DNA of 64,000 bases from Patescibacteria group bacterium (lineage in GTDB: Bacteria > Patescibacteriota > Minisyncoccia > Phycocordibacterales > PALSA-1337). The position numbers were made by a program, and so were the translations under genes. Below, one piece after another: positions 8,961 to 18,386 of this stretch (positions within the stretch are counted from its first letter, which is position 1; the number at the start of each line of letters is the position of its first letter). The notes beneath the pieces are model-generated. The model ran no database searches and was not told where the DNA came from. It worked only from the letters and a program-made list of their open reading frames with translations. Where the stretch lies: NCBI GenBank assembly GCA_040388415.1, contig JAZKBV010000001.1, positions 138,369-202,368 on the forward strand. The letters run 5' to 3'.

Positions 8961-10577
8961 ATGCTCTCTATCTTCAGTTACTACAGCCTCTCTCTGTTTT
9001 TGGGAGGAATCGTAGCTCTCTTCTCGGGCATATTTGTATTTCTCAATAACTCCAAGAAAATGGAAAGCATCGTTTGGTTGCTTTTGACCATTTCGACGGC
9101 GATCTGGAGCTTTGGATACTACATCATGATCATTACTCCGGACAAGCACGTTGCTTGGATCAGCGATGTCATTTTGCATATCGGCGCATCATTCATACCT
9201 TTCTTCTATCTTTTCTTTATAATAGCCATTACGAATGTCTTCGGGCAGTATAAGAAACTCATTTACTGCCTGTCTCCAATAGCGATCTTTTTTGTGCTTG
9301 TGACGCCAAGCTCATTATTTGTTACTGATGTATATCAAAAAGGACCATTCAGTTATGCTCCTAATGCTGGGATACTTTATACGCCATTCACGGCTTATTT
9401 CTTTATAGTAGTTATAATCGCTTTGGCCATATTGCTCATTCAGATCAAGAAATCTGAGCGCAAAGAGGCGCTTCGCCTAAAATTCATCTTCGGGTCGTCG
9501 ATCTTCGGTTTCATTGGCGGCAGCAGCGTTTTCTTTCTAACGTTCAATGTCTTCGTACCGCCATTTCCTGTCATACTATTCGCTTTTTATCCGATGATCA
9601 TCGCATATGCAGTGCTACGCTATAATCTTTTTGACGTAAGAATAATCACGGCAGAATTGCTCACTGCGACGATTTGGATCACTCTTTTGTTCCGTACAGT
9701 TCTTTCAAATAATGGCACCGACCAGGTCATTAGCGGTATCATTCTCGCGATTACAGTCTTGTTCGGTATCTGGCTTGTGCGAAATGTATACCACGAGATC
9801 ACTCAACGCGAAAAGATCGAGAAGCTCGCCAAAGACCTCGAATCTGCCAATGTCCGCCTGACTGAGCTCGATCGCCAAAAGTCAGAGTTCGTCTCATTTG
9901 CGACGCATCAGCTCCGCGCGCCACTCACCGCAATGAAAGGCTATGCCTCGATGATCCTCGATGGCGATATGGGTAAGCTGGCCGATGAGGCCAAGCTCGG
10001 CGTATCGCGCATATACGACTCAGCCCAGACGCTCACCAACATCGTCGACGATTATCTCAACATCACACGCATCGAGCTCGGTACGATGAAGTATGCTTTT
10101 GAGACGATCAACTGGCGCACCCTTATCGATGATATCCTCGCTGAGCTCAAGCCGAATATCGAAAAGTCGAAGCTCGCTTTCTCATTCAATGTTCAAGAAG
10201 AGAATATGGATTATCGCATCACTGCTGACCGCGACAAGTTCAAACAAGTCATCGCCAACCTCATCGACAACTCGATGAAATATACGCCGAAGGGTACAGT
10301 GGCGCTGTCGCTTTCGTTCGACCGCGCGCGTCGCAAGTACGTCTTTATGATCAAAGATACCGGCATCGGCATCGCTCCTGAAGTCTTGCCGCATCTCTTC
10401 GCTAAGTGGAGCCGTGCAGGTAATGCTAACAAGACGAATATCAAAGGCACTGGTCTCGGCCTTTTCGTGGCAAAAGAGATCATTACTGCGCATCATGGCG
10501 AAGTCCGTGCAGAATCTCCTGGCGAAGGGAAGGGCTCAACATTCATCGTGGAGATGGAGCCATTTGGGAAAATGTAA
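8961..10577 (+). CDS. Sensor histidine kinase with N-terminal multi-TM (7TM-type) region
   Basis: Hydrophobic N-terminal half; H-box ATHQLRAPLT, N-box NLIDNSMKY, DTGIG, GTGLGL. Confidence 0.95.
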   Translation: MLSIFSYYSLSLFLGGIVALFSGIFVFLNNSKKMESIVWLLLTISTAIWSFGYYIMIITPDKHVAWISDVILHIGASFIPFFYLFFIIAITNVFGQYKKLIYCLSPIAIFFVLVTPSSLFVTDVYQKGPFSYAPNAGILYTPFTAYFFIVVIIALAILLIQIKKSERKEALRLKFIFGSSIFGFIGGSSVFFLTFNVFVPPFPVILFAFYPMIIAYAVLRYNLFDVRIITAELLTATIWITLLFRTVLSNNGTDQVISGIILAITVLFGIWLVRNVYHEITQREKIEKLAKDLESANVRLTELDRQKSEFVSFATHQLRAPLTAMKGYASMILDGDMGKLADEAKLGVSRIYDSAQTLTNIVDDYLNITRIELGTMKYAFETINWRTLIDDILAELKPNIEKSKLAFSFNVQEENMDYRITADRDKFKQVIANLIDNSMKYTPKGTVALSLSFDRARRKYVFMIKDTGIGIAPEVLPHLFAKWSRAGNANKTNIKGTGLGLFVAKEIITAHHGEVRAESPGEGKGSTFIVEMEPFGKM

Positions 10578-10582
10578 GCGTA

Positions 10583-10612
10583 ACACGAATCTACGAATAA
10601 ACGCACGAATAC
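10583..10612 (+). repeat. ACGAAT short-repeat cluster, copy 1
   Basis: acACGAATctACGAATaaacgcACGAATac; first 16 nt identical to 54772. Confidence 0.75.
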
Positions 10613-10613
10613 G

Positions 10614-10662
10614 GTCGGCGCTCAAAGGACGTTGCGCCGACATGATTTCGCTAAATCAAAAA
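10614..10662. repeat. Two-hairpin dispersed element, copy 1
   Basis: GTCGGCGC-tcaaaggacgtt-GCGCCGAC-a-TGATTT-cgct-AAATCA; homologous to 48811-48861. Confidence 0.8.
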
Positions 10663-10688
10663 GCCCCGAACAGTGCGTTCGGGGTGTG

Positions 10689-11207
10689 TTAGGTGCTCTC
10701 CAATGGAGGTTTGGTCGGACATATCTCGCGTCGGCTGCTCGTTTCAGCATAGTGAGGCGCACCTGGTGGCTCTTCAGACGTCTCTCTACAAGCTGGAGGA
10801 CAAGAGAATCCTTTCTGTCCACGCCTCCATCGTCGAGCTGAAGCAGGTGGCGGAGATGGCGGTTCAGTTTGAGCTGGAGGATTCAAGATGCTTTCCATGC
10901 CCAGCTGCCGACGAGCGATGGTTGCTTTAACAGATCGCTTATCAGACTCCTTTTTCTTCTTTTGCAAAAAGGCTGTCCGATAACGTGCTCGCCTTTCTGT
11001 CGGCGTCTCTAGCTTTTTTTCAGTCCGAGGAACGTCAAGCAAGTTTTCGCTCGGTTTGGCCGGCTGTTGAAACGGCGGCTGAGTAGGAATATTCCACACT
11101 ATCGGCTTTTGGGTGCGGTCGCGTCGGGCGGCCTTTCCGATAAAACTAAAAACTAACAGGGCTCCGATCACGATCACGAGCCCGCAGATATTTTTTACAA
11201 TATTCAT
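10689..11207 (-). CDS. Hypothetical protein, N-terminal TM anchor, basic/Pro-rich
   Basis: Hydrophobic N-terminus; followed by hairpin CCCCGAAC/GTTCGGGG at ~10664-10684. Confidence 0.55.
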   Translation of the reverse strand: MNIVKNICGLVIVIGALLVFSFIGKAARRDRTQKPIVWNIPTQPPFQQPAKPSENLLDVPRTEKKLETPTERRARYRTAFLQKKKKESDKRSVKATIARRQLGMESILNPPAQTEPPSPPPASARRWRRGQKGFSCPPACRETSEEPPGAPHYAETSSRREICPTKPPLEST

Positions 11208-11265
11208 GGCAAATGAGATAAAGTTTCAGGCGCCGATCCGAAGAAAGGCGCCTGGGTTGAATCAT

Positions 11266-11586
11266 TCAGCAGTCACGACGCGTGACCCATGGCCGGCGAT
11301 CGGAATCCAACGGACTCCGGCGCGGACGAATCTGGACTTCTTCAGCATCGTGCCGAGTGAAGGTGAAGGGGATCGGTGTCATCTTGCTGTGACCGAATTG
11401 TCCCCGACGAAACTGCTTGTGAACCATGACGACGGAGATCATTTGATCGAGAGTTTTTGGCTCCTTTACAAAATATTTTCCCGCCTCGATGGATATGATG
11501 CCTTCGTAATTGAGCCTGTTCAGCATCGCCCATTGCCGTTCACCGGCAGGGGTGATTATTTGTTGACGAATCAGATGTGCGGGCAT
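11266..11586 (-). CDS. Hypothetical orphan protein
   Basis: SD GAAAGGA and a consensus promoter upstream. Confidence 0.6.
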   Translation of the reverse strand: MPAHLIRQQIITPAGERQWAMLNRLNYEGIISIEAGKYFVKEPKTLDQMISVVMVHKQFRRGQFGHSKMTPIPFTFTRHDAEEVQIRPRRSPLDSDRRPWVTRRDC

Positions 11587-11633
11587 AAAGTTCCTTTCGG
11601 TTGATGGTTTAAAGGTTCAGGTTACTTGATACC

Positions 11634-11663
11634 ATTATAGCACCTTTTAGCTATATTTGTCAA
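11634..11663 (-). promoter_or_regulatory. Sigma70 promoter
   Basis: TTGACA-18 nt-TATAAT with extended TG. Confidence 0.75.
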
Positions 11664-11669
11664 ATGATT

Positions 11670-12137
11670 TTATGAGGTAGAAACCAGTTCATCTACAGCC
11701 TTTTTTACCATCATGCCGTCGGCCTTGCCTGCAAGCTCTTTTATGAGCATACCGACGATTTTGCCGGTCGCTTTCGGGTCAAATCCGCCTTGAGACTTGA
11801 GTGCATCGACGCGTGTACGAACGATTATTTTCACTTCATCATATGACATCATCGCAGGCATGAATGATTCGAGGATGATGAGCTCGGCTTTTTCTTTTGA
11901 TACGAGGTCTGTGCGTCCGCCTTTTTCGAATTGTTCAATAGAATCTCTGTGCTGTTTGACGCTTCTCTTGATGATGGCCATAACTTTGTCGTCTGCAAGG
12001 AAATCACCGGCAATGTTTCCAGACATCATTTCGTTCAAAGCGAGAGCGTTCAGGCCACGGAGCGTGTCGAGGCGTATAGTGTCTTTGGCGCGGAGAGCAT
12101 CCTTGATCTGTTCTTTGATTGTTTGGTGGAGGGTCAT
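11670..12137 (-). CDS. yqeY: GatB/YqeY domain protein
   Basis: IKDALRAKD..RLDTLR, KQHRDSIEQFEKGGRTDL..KEKAE, GKADG. Confidence 0.92.
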   Translation of the reverse strand: MTLHQTIKEQIKDALRAKDTIRLDTLRGLNALALNEMMSGNIAGDFLADDKVMAIIKRSVKQHRDSIEQFEKGGRTDLVSKEKAELIILESFMPAMMSYDEVKIIVRTRVDALKSQGGFDPKATGKIVGMLIKELAGKADGMMVKKAVDELVSTS

Positions 12138-12229
12138 AGAATTAGTTTATCACATTTTGAGAACTTTTTGAGCGTTTCTTTATCGCTTGTGTGTATGATT
12201 ATATAATTATAATATTAAGATATAAATTT

Positions 12230-12541
12230 ATGGCCTTAGATACACAAGATAAAAAATACATTGAAGAAGTCTTAGATAAGACGCGAGTCTCATTTAGAGG
12301 CGACATGGAGCACTATTTTGGTGTTCTCCGAGATGATTTCGATCATAAATTCTCAATTTTAGTTGAAATTTCAAAAGATAAACCAGGCAGAGAAGAAGTG
12401 AGAGAAATCGTAAGGGAAGAAGCGGAATACGTCGTGCAAAAAACAATGAAAGATATATTTGCGCCAGAAGTAAAAGAGATCAAGGCCATCCAGAACAAGC
12501 ATGAAAAAAGAATAAGTAAATTGGAAGCAGCTCATATTTAA
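12230..12541 (+). CDS. Hypothetical coiled-coil protein
   Basis: Helical, ends HEKRISKLE; start MALDTQ. Confidence 0.7.
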   Translation: MALDTQDKKYIEEVLDKTRVSFRGDMEHYFGVLRDDFDHKFSILVEISKDKPGREEVREIVREEAEYVVQKTMKDIFAPEVKEIKAIQNKHEKRISKLEAAHI

Positions 12542-12556
12542 GGTACTATTACGTAC

Positions 12557-13669
12557 ATGACCACACTCCTCATCATTCTCATTGTCTTAGCGGTTTTGAT
12601 AATTGTCTTTTTGGGAGTGCTGTTGTTGCGCCAGAAAAACGCCGCTTTCGGCGGGGCGAACAATCAACAAAATACTCAGCAAAACGAAGGGCTCAACCTC
12701 ATCCTCCAGCAGATCAATGAAATGTCGCGCACAGTTGATGCTAAGATGGGCGATCTCAGCAAAACGGTGGATGCCAAGATCAATGATGGCAATCGCTCGA
12801 TGCAAGAGTCTATGCGCGGACAGCTTTCGGAGTCGTCAAAACTCATCAAGGAAGTCACTCAGGGTTTGACCAAGCTCGATGAGACCAACCGTCAGGTGGT
12901 TTCTTTTGCCGACCAGTTACAGAGTCTTCAGGATATCCTCAAAAATCCAAAACAACGCGGTATCCTCGGCGAGTATTATCTGGAAACATTGCTCAAGAAC
13001 GTCTTGGCACCAGGGCAGTATCAGATGCAATATGCGTTCAAGAATGGCGAGATCGTAGATGCGGCTGTCTTCGTAAAAGATAAGGTCATTCCTATAGATT
13101 CGAAGTTTTCATTGGAAAATTACAATAAACTCGTTGAAGAAAAGAATCCGGCGGAAAAAGAAAAATTGGAAAAAGCTTTTGTGAATGATTTGAAATTACG
13201 CATCCAGGAAACAGCGAAGTATGTCCGCCCTTCTGAAAATACGATGGATTTTGCCTTTATGTTCATTCCTCACGAGGCTATCTACTATGATCTCTTGGTT
13301 AATAAGATTGGCGCAGCAGTTGGGGAGACTGACAATTTGATCCAGCGCGCAGCAAGCAAGTATAAGGTCATCATTGTATCGCCAACTTCTTTCTTGGCGT
13401 ATTTACAGACGGTGTTGCAGGGCCTCAAGGCTATGCAGATCGAAGAGACCGCAAAGGACATCGTCAAGCATGTCGAACAGCTCGGTACACATCTCAAAAA
13501 GTATGAGGAGTATCATACAAAGCTTGGTACATCACTTGGCACAGTTATCAATCATTACAATAACTCCGGCAAGGAGCTCAAGAAGGTAGACAAAGATATT
13601 ATGCGCATTGCAGGTGAGGCGCCAGGCATAGAAGTGGCTGTTTTGGAGGGGCCAGAAAGCGATGAGTGA
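12557..13669 (+). CDS. rmuC: DNA recombination protein RmuC
   Basis: N-terminal TM helix, coiled coil, RGILGEYYLE, IPIDSKF, FMFIPHE, IVSPT. Confidence 0.95.
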   Translation: MTTLLIILIVLAVLIIVFLGVLLLRQKNAAFGGANNQQNTQQNEGLNLILQQINEMSRTVDAKMGDLSKTVDAKINDGNRSMQESMRGQLSESSKLIKEVTQGLTKLDETNRQVVSFADQLQSLQDILKNPKQRGILGEYYLETLLKNVLAPGQYQMQYAFKNGEIVDAAVFVKDKVIPIDSKFSLENYNKLVEEKNPAEKEKLEKAFVNDLKLRIQETAKYVRPSENTMDFAFMFIPHEAIYYDLLVNKIGAAVGETDNLIQRAASKYKVIIVSPTSFLAYLQTVLQGLKAMQIEETAKDIVKHVEQLGTHLKKYEEYHTKLGTSLGTVINHYNNSGKELKKVDKDIMRIAGEAPGIEVAVLEGPESDE

Positions 13670-13709
13670 TGCTATTGAGTCACGAGTAGTAGGGTGTTAT
13701 CATAGTGTA

Positions 13710-16700
13710 ATGAAACGTAACTGCATGTATAGGTATCTATTTTTACTCATTACGTCACTCTCGATTGTTTTGCTCACCGGAAAAAATGCTTTTGCTGATG
13801 TTTTGTCACCAGGCACGATATACAGTTGTGGTGAAATAGCGAGTGCGGGCGTGTACACACTTAGTTCTACCAGTACATTTTCTGTAGCTCCCGGCAACGA
13901 TTGCATCAGAGTTACGTCAGGGGGAACAGTGGATGATACTGTTATTGATGGCAACGGGGCAACTATTACTGGTAATGTGAATGGTGATGGTGTAAACCCT
14001 GGTGATAGTGGTTTTAATTTTACGTTGGAGAATGCCACAGTCATTGGAACTACGAGTACAAGTGGAATTGATTTGGCAGATTGTAGTACCTATGGTGGTT
14101 TAGGTGGCATTGTAAAAATATTAAACTCCACAACCACTGCACTTGTCGCCAATGGTGGAAAAATTGAGACAGTGACGGCGTGTAGTCCAACACCAAGTCA
14201 GTATTATGGTGGAGATGGAGGTTTTTTTACTATCTCAACATCTACGTTCACGACAATAAGCACTGTCGGTGCTGATGGTGGAACAGGGGGGTATGGAGGA
14301 CGTATAGTTATTTTCAATTCAGACAGCTCTCTTGCAAGTAGCACAATCTCACTCGGGGGTGGACACGGGACTGATCTTTCGGTGGCTGGCTATCTTGAGG
14401 TTCACTATACTGTATTTGATTATGTGAATTACCTTTTTTCTGCGCTCAATTGGCTCTATCTATATGGTCCCGATAATCTTCCTGGTGAAATTTTCAATAA
14501 TACCCCATTCGCTGGAGGCTATCTCTACACTCCACCAGGTGACACCACTTGTTCGAGTAGTTTAATAACCGCAGGAATCTATACCCTCACCGGTGATGTA
14601 ACAGGAGATTGCACTATTGCTGGTAACGGCGTGATCCTCAATGGTCAGGGTCACACCATAAATGGGAATGTGCATGGTGACGGATCAGGTTTTGATACTT
14701 CAGGTTACACTTTTACTTTAGAAAATGTAACCGTCACAGGAACAACTTCGGCAACTCTTGGCGCTGGAAATATTACCGTCAACAACTCCACAACCTCTGT
14801 TATAACCGTGAATAATGAAGGAGATCGTTTTGCGGGAAATGTTGGGGAGATACATTTGATAAATTCAACTTCGACTTCACTGTATGCGAGTGCTTCCAGA
14901 TACGGAGCGACGTGTGGTCTCTGTACTGTGCAAAGCGGTCATGCGGGAGTTATTGATGTCACGAACTCGGTATTCACGCATATATATGCCGATAGTATTA
15001 TCGGTGCGAGCAGTACCGGGGGGACGATAACCATCACCGGCACAAATGTCGATGTTTCGAGTACGACTGTGTCAGCGACAGGTTTGGTAAATGGTATTCT
15101 GACTATCAATTATGCGACTTTGGTAAATGACAATTTTACCCTCTCTGCACTGAGCGATCTTATCCTTAATGGGCCGAGTAATTTACCAGGTGATCTGGGT
15201 TCATTTGGCGGCGGAGTGCTTTCTCTTGATAACACGATTTATAATGCATCACAATGTAGTAATCTCGGCATCTCACAGACGTATTTTCTAGCCAATAATA
15301 TTACGGGAAATTGTGTGATCAAGGCGAATAATGTGGTAATCGATGGTGCAGGGCAATGGACCGTCAATGGAAGCATTACTGGTGACGCTACAGTTGTAGG
15401 TAATAATGGTTATAATTTTACGTTACAAAATATTACCGTAACTGGACCAGTTACCTCAAATGGTTCTATCGTCTATCTTTCTCAAGTAAGTCAGACAGCT
15501 GGAGCGGGGGGTTCTATCACTATCGATCATGCCACGACGAGCGATATAACTTCGCTGGGTGCAGCTCCATGTGCTCATTTCAAGATTGGTAATCCGTGTG
15601 GTACTGGCGGTAATGTGATTGTGAGAGATTCTTATGTGGGAAATATTAATGTTGATGGTGGCAGTAGCCAGAGTTCTCAGCTTTCAGGACAGGGCGGAAC
15701 GATCGTTATTTCGACTTCAACCACAGCCTCGCTCAGTGCCAATGGTGGAAACGGTGATACGCAAGGTGGTAATGGGGGGTCTGTAACTGTTACAAATTCT
15801 CTCGAAAATATCGCTAGTAGTACAATAAGTGCTCGTGGAGGAAACTCTCTCCTATGTGGAAGTGGAGGAAATGGCGGTTCGATCAATTTATTGAATTCAA
15901 CATATACAGGTTCGATAATCAACACTGCCGGAAATGATGCTTCAGATTGTAGCTATTCATATTCCGGTTCATCAGGACATAGTGGGTCAATACAGGTGCT
16001 TGGCCAGTATAGCCAAGTTGTAAGCACGGTTGCTCCAACCGAACCAGCCCCCGCTCTCATACCAACACCTGTCGTAGTTCCAAAAACCCCAGCCGTGTCA
16101 GGTTCGAGCGGTTCATTCATCACACCACCTATCAGTGATTCAGTACCAGTTGAAACCATCCCAACATCACCAATACCTCCACGCACATTTGGATCAGTTG
16201 CTGCTCAAGCCATCCAACAAGTAACCAAAGTTGCAACCGCCGTCGCCAACTCTCCAGCCGCTAAAACAGTCCAAACCGTCGGCTTCTTCGGTGGCTTGGC
16301 AGCATCAGTCGCCTTCTACACTGATAGTGCCTTTGCGACACCAGTTGCCGCATCGGAAGTCCTCCTTATCCCGGTGCGCCTCTGGGGACTCCTCCTTGCA
16401 GGCTTAGGTATACGTAAGCGTTCACGTCCGTGGGGCACCGTCTATGACAGCGTGACCAAACAACCGATCGACCCTGCTTTTGTCACAGCACGTGATGCCT
16501 CAGGCAAGGTAGTGGCTGAATCATTCACTGATATCGATGGTAGATACGGCTTCCTCCTTCCTGACGGCGTATACTACATCTCTGCACAAAAGACGAACTA
16601 TGAATTCCCATCGAAGAAGATGGTGGGCAAGCAGAATGACGAGCTCTACAGTGATCTCTACTTTGGCGAGTCTGTCATCATTCACAGCGGTCAGGTCCTC

Positions 16701-17204
16701 GACAAGAATATCCCCATGGATCAAAAGAACTTCGACTGGAATGAATATGCCAAGAAGAAGCGTAATGCACTCTTGTTCCATTCAAAATATGAAAAGCCGT
16801 GGGCTGTCGTGAGTAACTATGTCTATGGCATCGGCCTTGCCATCTCCGTCATCGCGACTGTTATCCATCCCACAACCTACAATATTGTCATTCTCGTTTC
16901 GTATGCGGTAGTCCTCATCTCATTCAATTTCACCAGTCGAAAGAAAAAGCTGGGATCGATCATCGACAAGGAGACTCATGACCCGTTGTCCTATGCGATT
17001 TTCCGTGTGACTGGATCTGACCATCAAACTGTTCTTCGTTCAGGCGCCTGTGATGTCCTTGGCCGATTCTACTGTATCGTGCCAAAAGGCGAGTGTTATA
17101 TTGATATCGAGAAAAAGAACGTTGACGGCACCTATGTGAAAGTCTATGAATCAGCGCTACTCAACAACAAGACGGGCTTCATTAACAGCGATTTGGTGGT
17201 CTAG
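13710..17204 (+). CDS. Large Gly/Thr-rich cell-surface protein with three beta-helix-like repeats, TM segments and C-terminal carboxypeptidase-regulatory-like domains
   Basis: Signal peptide; three copies of C..I..AG.YTL..DC.I....VIDG.G.TI.G.V.GD...G.NFTL.N.TV.G; Pro-rich linker; WGTVYDS..KQPIDPA..TDIDGRYGF. Confidence 0.8.
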   Translation: MKRNCMYRYLFLLITSLSIVLLTGKNAFADVLSPGTIYSCGEIASAGVYTLSSTSTFSVAPGNDCIRVTSGGTVDDTVIDGNGATITGNVNGDGVNPGDSGFNFTLENATVIGTTSTSGIDLADCSTYGGLGGIVKILNSTTTALVANGGKIETVTACSPTPSQYYGGDGGFFTISTSTFTTISTVGADGGTGGYGGRIVIFNSDSSLASSTISLGGGHGTDLSVAGYLEVHYTVFDYVNYLFSALNWLYLYGPDNLPGEIFNNTPFAGGYLYTPPGDTTCSSSLITAGIYTLTGDVTGDCTIAGNGVILNGQGHTINGNVHGDGSGFDTSGYTFTLENVTVTGTTSATLGAGNITVNNSTTSVITVNNEGDRFAGNVGEIHLINSTSTSLYASASRYGATCGLCTVQSGHAGVIDVTNSVFTHIYADSIIGASSTGGTITITGTNVDVSSTTVSATGLVNGILTINYATLVNDNFTLSALSDLILNGPSNLPGDLGSFGGGVLSLDNTIYNASQCSNLGISQTYFLANNITGNCVIKANNVVIDGAGQWTVNGSITGDATVVGNNGYNFTLQNITVTGPVTSNGSIVYLSQVSQTAGAGGSITIDHATTSDITSLGAAPCAHFKIGNPCGTGGNVIVRDSYVGNINVDGGSSQSSQLSGQGGTIVISTSTTASLSANGGNGDTQGGNGGSVTVTNSLENIASSTISARGGNSLLCGSGGNGGSINLLNSTYTGSIINTAGNDASDCSYSYSGSSGHSGSIQVLGQYSQVVSTVAPTEPAPALIPTPVVVPKTPAVSGSSGSFITPPISDSVPVETIPTSPIPPRTFGSVAAQAIQQVTKVATAVANSPAAKTVQTVGFFGGLAASVAFYTDSAFATPVAASEVLLIPVRLWGLLLAGLGIRKRSRPWGTVYDSVTKQPIDPAFVTARDASGKVVAESFTDIDGRYGFLLPDGVYYISAQKTNYEFPSKKMVGKQNDELYSDLYFGESVIIHSGQVLDKNIPMDQKNFDWNEYAKKKRNALLFHSKYEKPWAVVSNYVYGIGLAISVIATVIHPTTYNIVILVSYAVVLISFNFTSRKKKLGSIIDKETHDPLSYAIFRVTGSDHQTVLRSGACDVLGRFYCIVPKGECYIDIEKKNVDGTYVKVYESALLNNKTGFINSDLVV

Positions 17205-17243
17205 GTATTGCGTTTATTATGCCTTCGTGTATAATGTTCTTCT

Positions 17244-17564
17244 ATGGAATTTGCAGTTATACAGACAGGCGGAAAGCAATATACAGTCTCAAAAGGAGAT
17301 CTTATTTTGATTGAGAAGATTATTGGCGAATACAAAGAGGGCGACAAAATCGTCTTCGACCACGTCCTTCTCGTTGATAACGGCAAAGACACTACTATCG
17401 GCACACCTTACATCCCAAACGCATCAGTCAAAGGCACTATCACAAAGATCGGTCGCTCAGCAAAGGTTCTTGTAGTGAAATATAAGCAAAAGAGCCGTTC
17501 AGGTTGGACACGCAACGGACATCGTCAGCCTTACTTCCAGGTTAAGATTGATTCTCTCAAATAG
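17244..17564 (+). CDS. rplU: 50S ribosomal protein L21
   Basis: FAVIQTGGKQY, GHRQPY. Confidence 0.98.
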   Translation: MEFAVIQTGGKQYTVSKGDLILIEKIIGEYKEGDKIVFDHVLLVDNGKDTTIGTPYIPNASVKGTITKIGRSAKVLVVKYKQKSRSGWTRNGHRQPYFQVKIDSLK

Positions 17565-17566
17565 TT

Positions 17567-17592
17567 AAAAAGCCTCCAGTTGGAGGTTTTTT
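17567..17592 (+). terminator. Intrinsic terminator
   Basis: AAAAAGCCTCCA-gt-TGGAGGTTTTTT. Confidence 0.8.
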
Positions 17593-17701
17593 GTTAAGAA
17601 AGTAATTCATGAAAGTTTGACAAATTCTTATTTTTGTATAATGCTACTTACAAATACACGTCAACGCTCGTTGATATAACAATGTAACTTAGGAGTCTAA
17701 A

Positions 17702-18361
17702 ATGAATGACTTACTTGAATTAACTTCTAAACAGAGAGAGTTTCTTCGTTTAAGAATTGCAAAATGGTATGGGCTCGTCAGAGTTTTTGTTCATCCAATG
17801 TTTGAAAGATGGCATTTCCCTCCGGGCGAATATAGTAAACACCCTGATCATAAACGGTTAGTGGAAATTGAAAAAGCACTTTCTCGATTGGTCACGCTAC
17901 CCGAAAGAAAAACGCCACCGATTATAATCATGGAGGAAGATTATCGGTTGGAGAATCTGAAGAACTGGCTCGCTCAAAATCCTTTTGGTCAGTCACAACG
18001 TAATGTTTACTATGTCAGGACCTGGAAAAACACCTCTCATCCACTCGTTGATCCTCACTCGTATTATCCTCCTCAGTGGGAACCATTGGTTAAAAGATTG
18101 GGCTCAGTTGGGGTTAAAAAAATCTTGATGGGCGGGATGCAATTCACGGCTTCGGCTTTTGGAAGTGACTGGACAGGTAAAAGGCCGCGAGTTGATTATT
18201 GTGTTGGTATTGCTCTGTCATATTTATCAAATGATAAGGCAGGTAAATTTAACGTCGATCTCTCCGCTCTTGTTGATTGCTCACGCTCGAGAGAATTTTA
18301 TATTCAATGCGTAAATGAAACCCGCTTGAAAAAACAAATTCAGATAGCCGCATGCCCCTAA
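17702..18361 (+). CDS. Hypothetical protein, possibly isochorismatase/cysteine-hydrolase-like
   Basis: SD AGGAG; LGSVGVKKILMGG...DYCVG resembles the cysteine-hydrolase G-x-x-x-I-x-x-x-G...CV segment. Confidence 0.55.
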   Translation: MNDLLELTSKQREFLRLRIAKWYGLVRVFVHPMFERWHFPPGEYSKHPDHKRLVEIEKALSRLVTLPERKTPPIIIMEEDYRLENLKNWLAQNPFGQSQRNVYYVRTWKNTSHPLVDPHSYYPPQWEPLVKRLGSVGVKKILMGGMQFTASAFGSDWTGKRPRVDYCVGIALSYLSNDKAGKFNVDLSALVDCSRSREFYIQCVNETRLKKQIQIAACP

Positions 18362-18386
18362 AAAGGGATGCGGCTTTTTTTATTAC

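Noticed and set aside
11113-11604. 163-aa plus-strand ORF
   Set aside because: It overlaps two minus-strand ORFs that have the promoter, SD and terminator.
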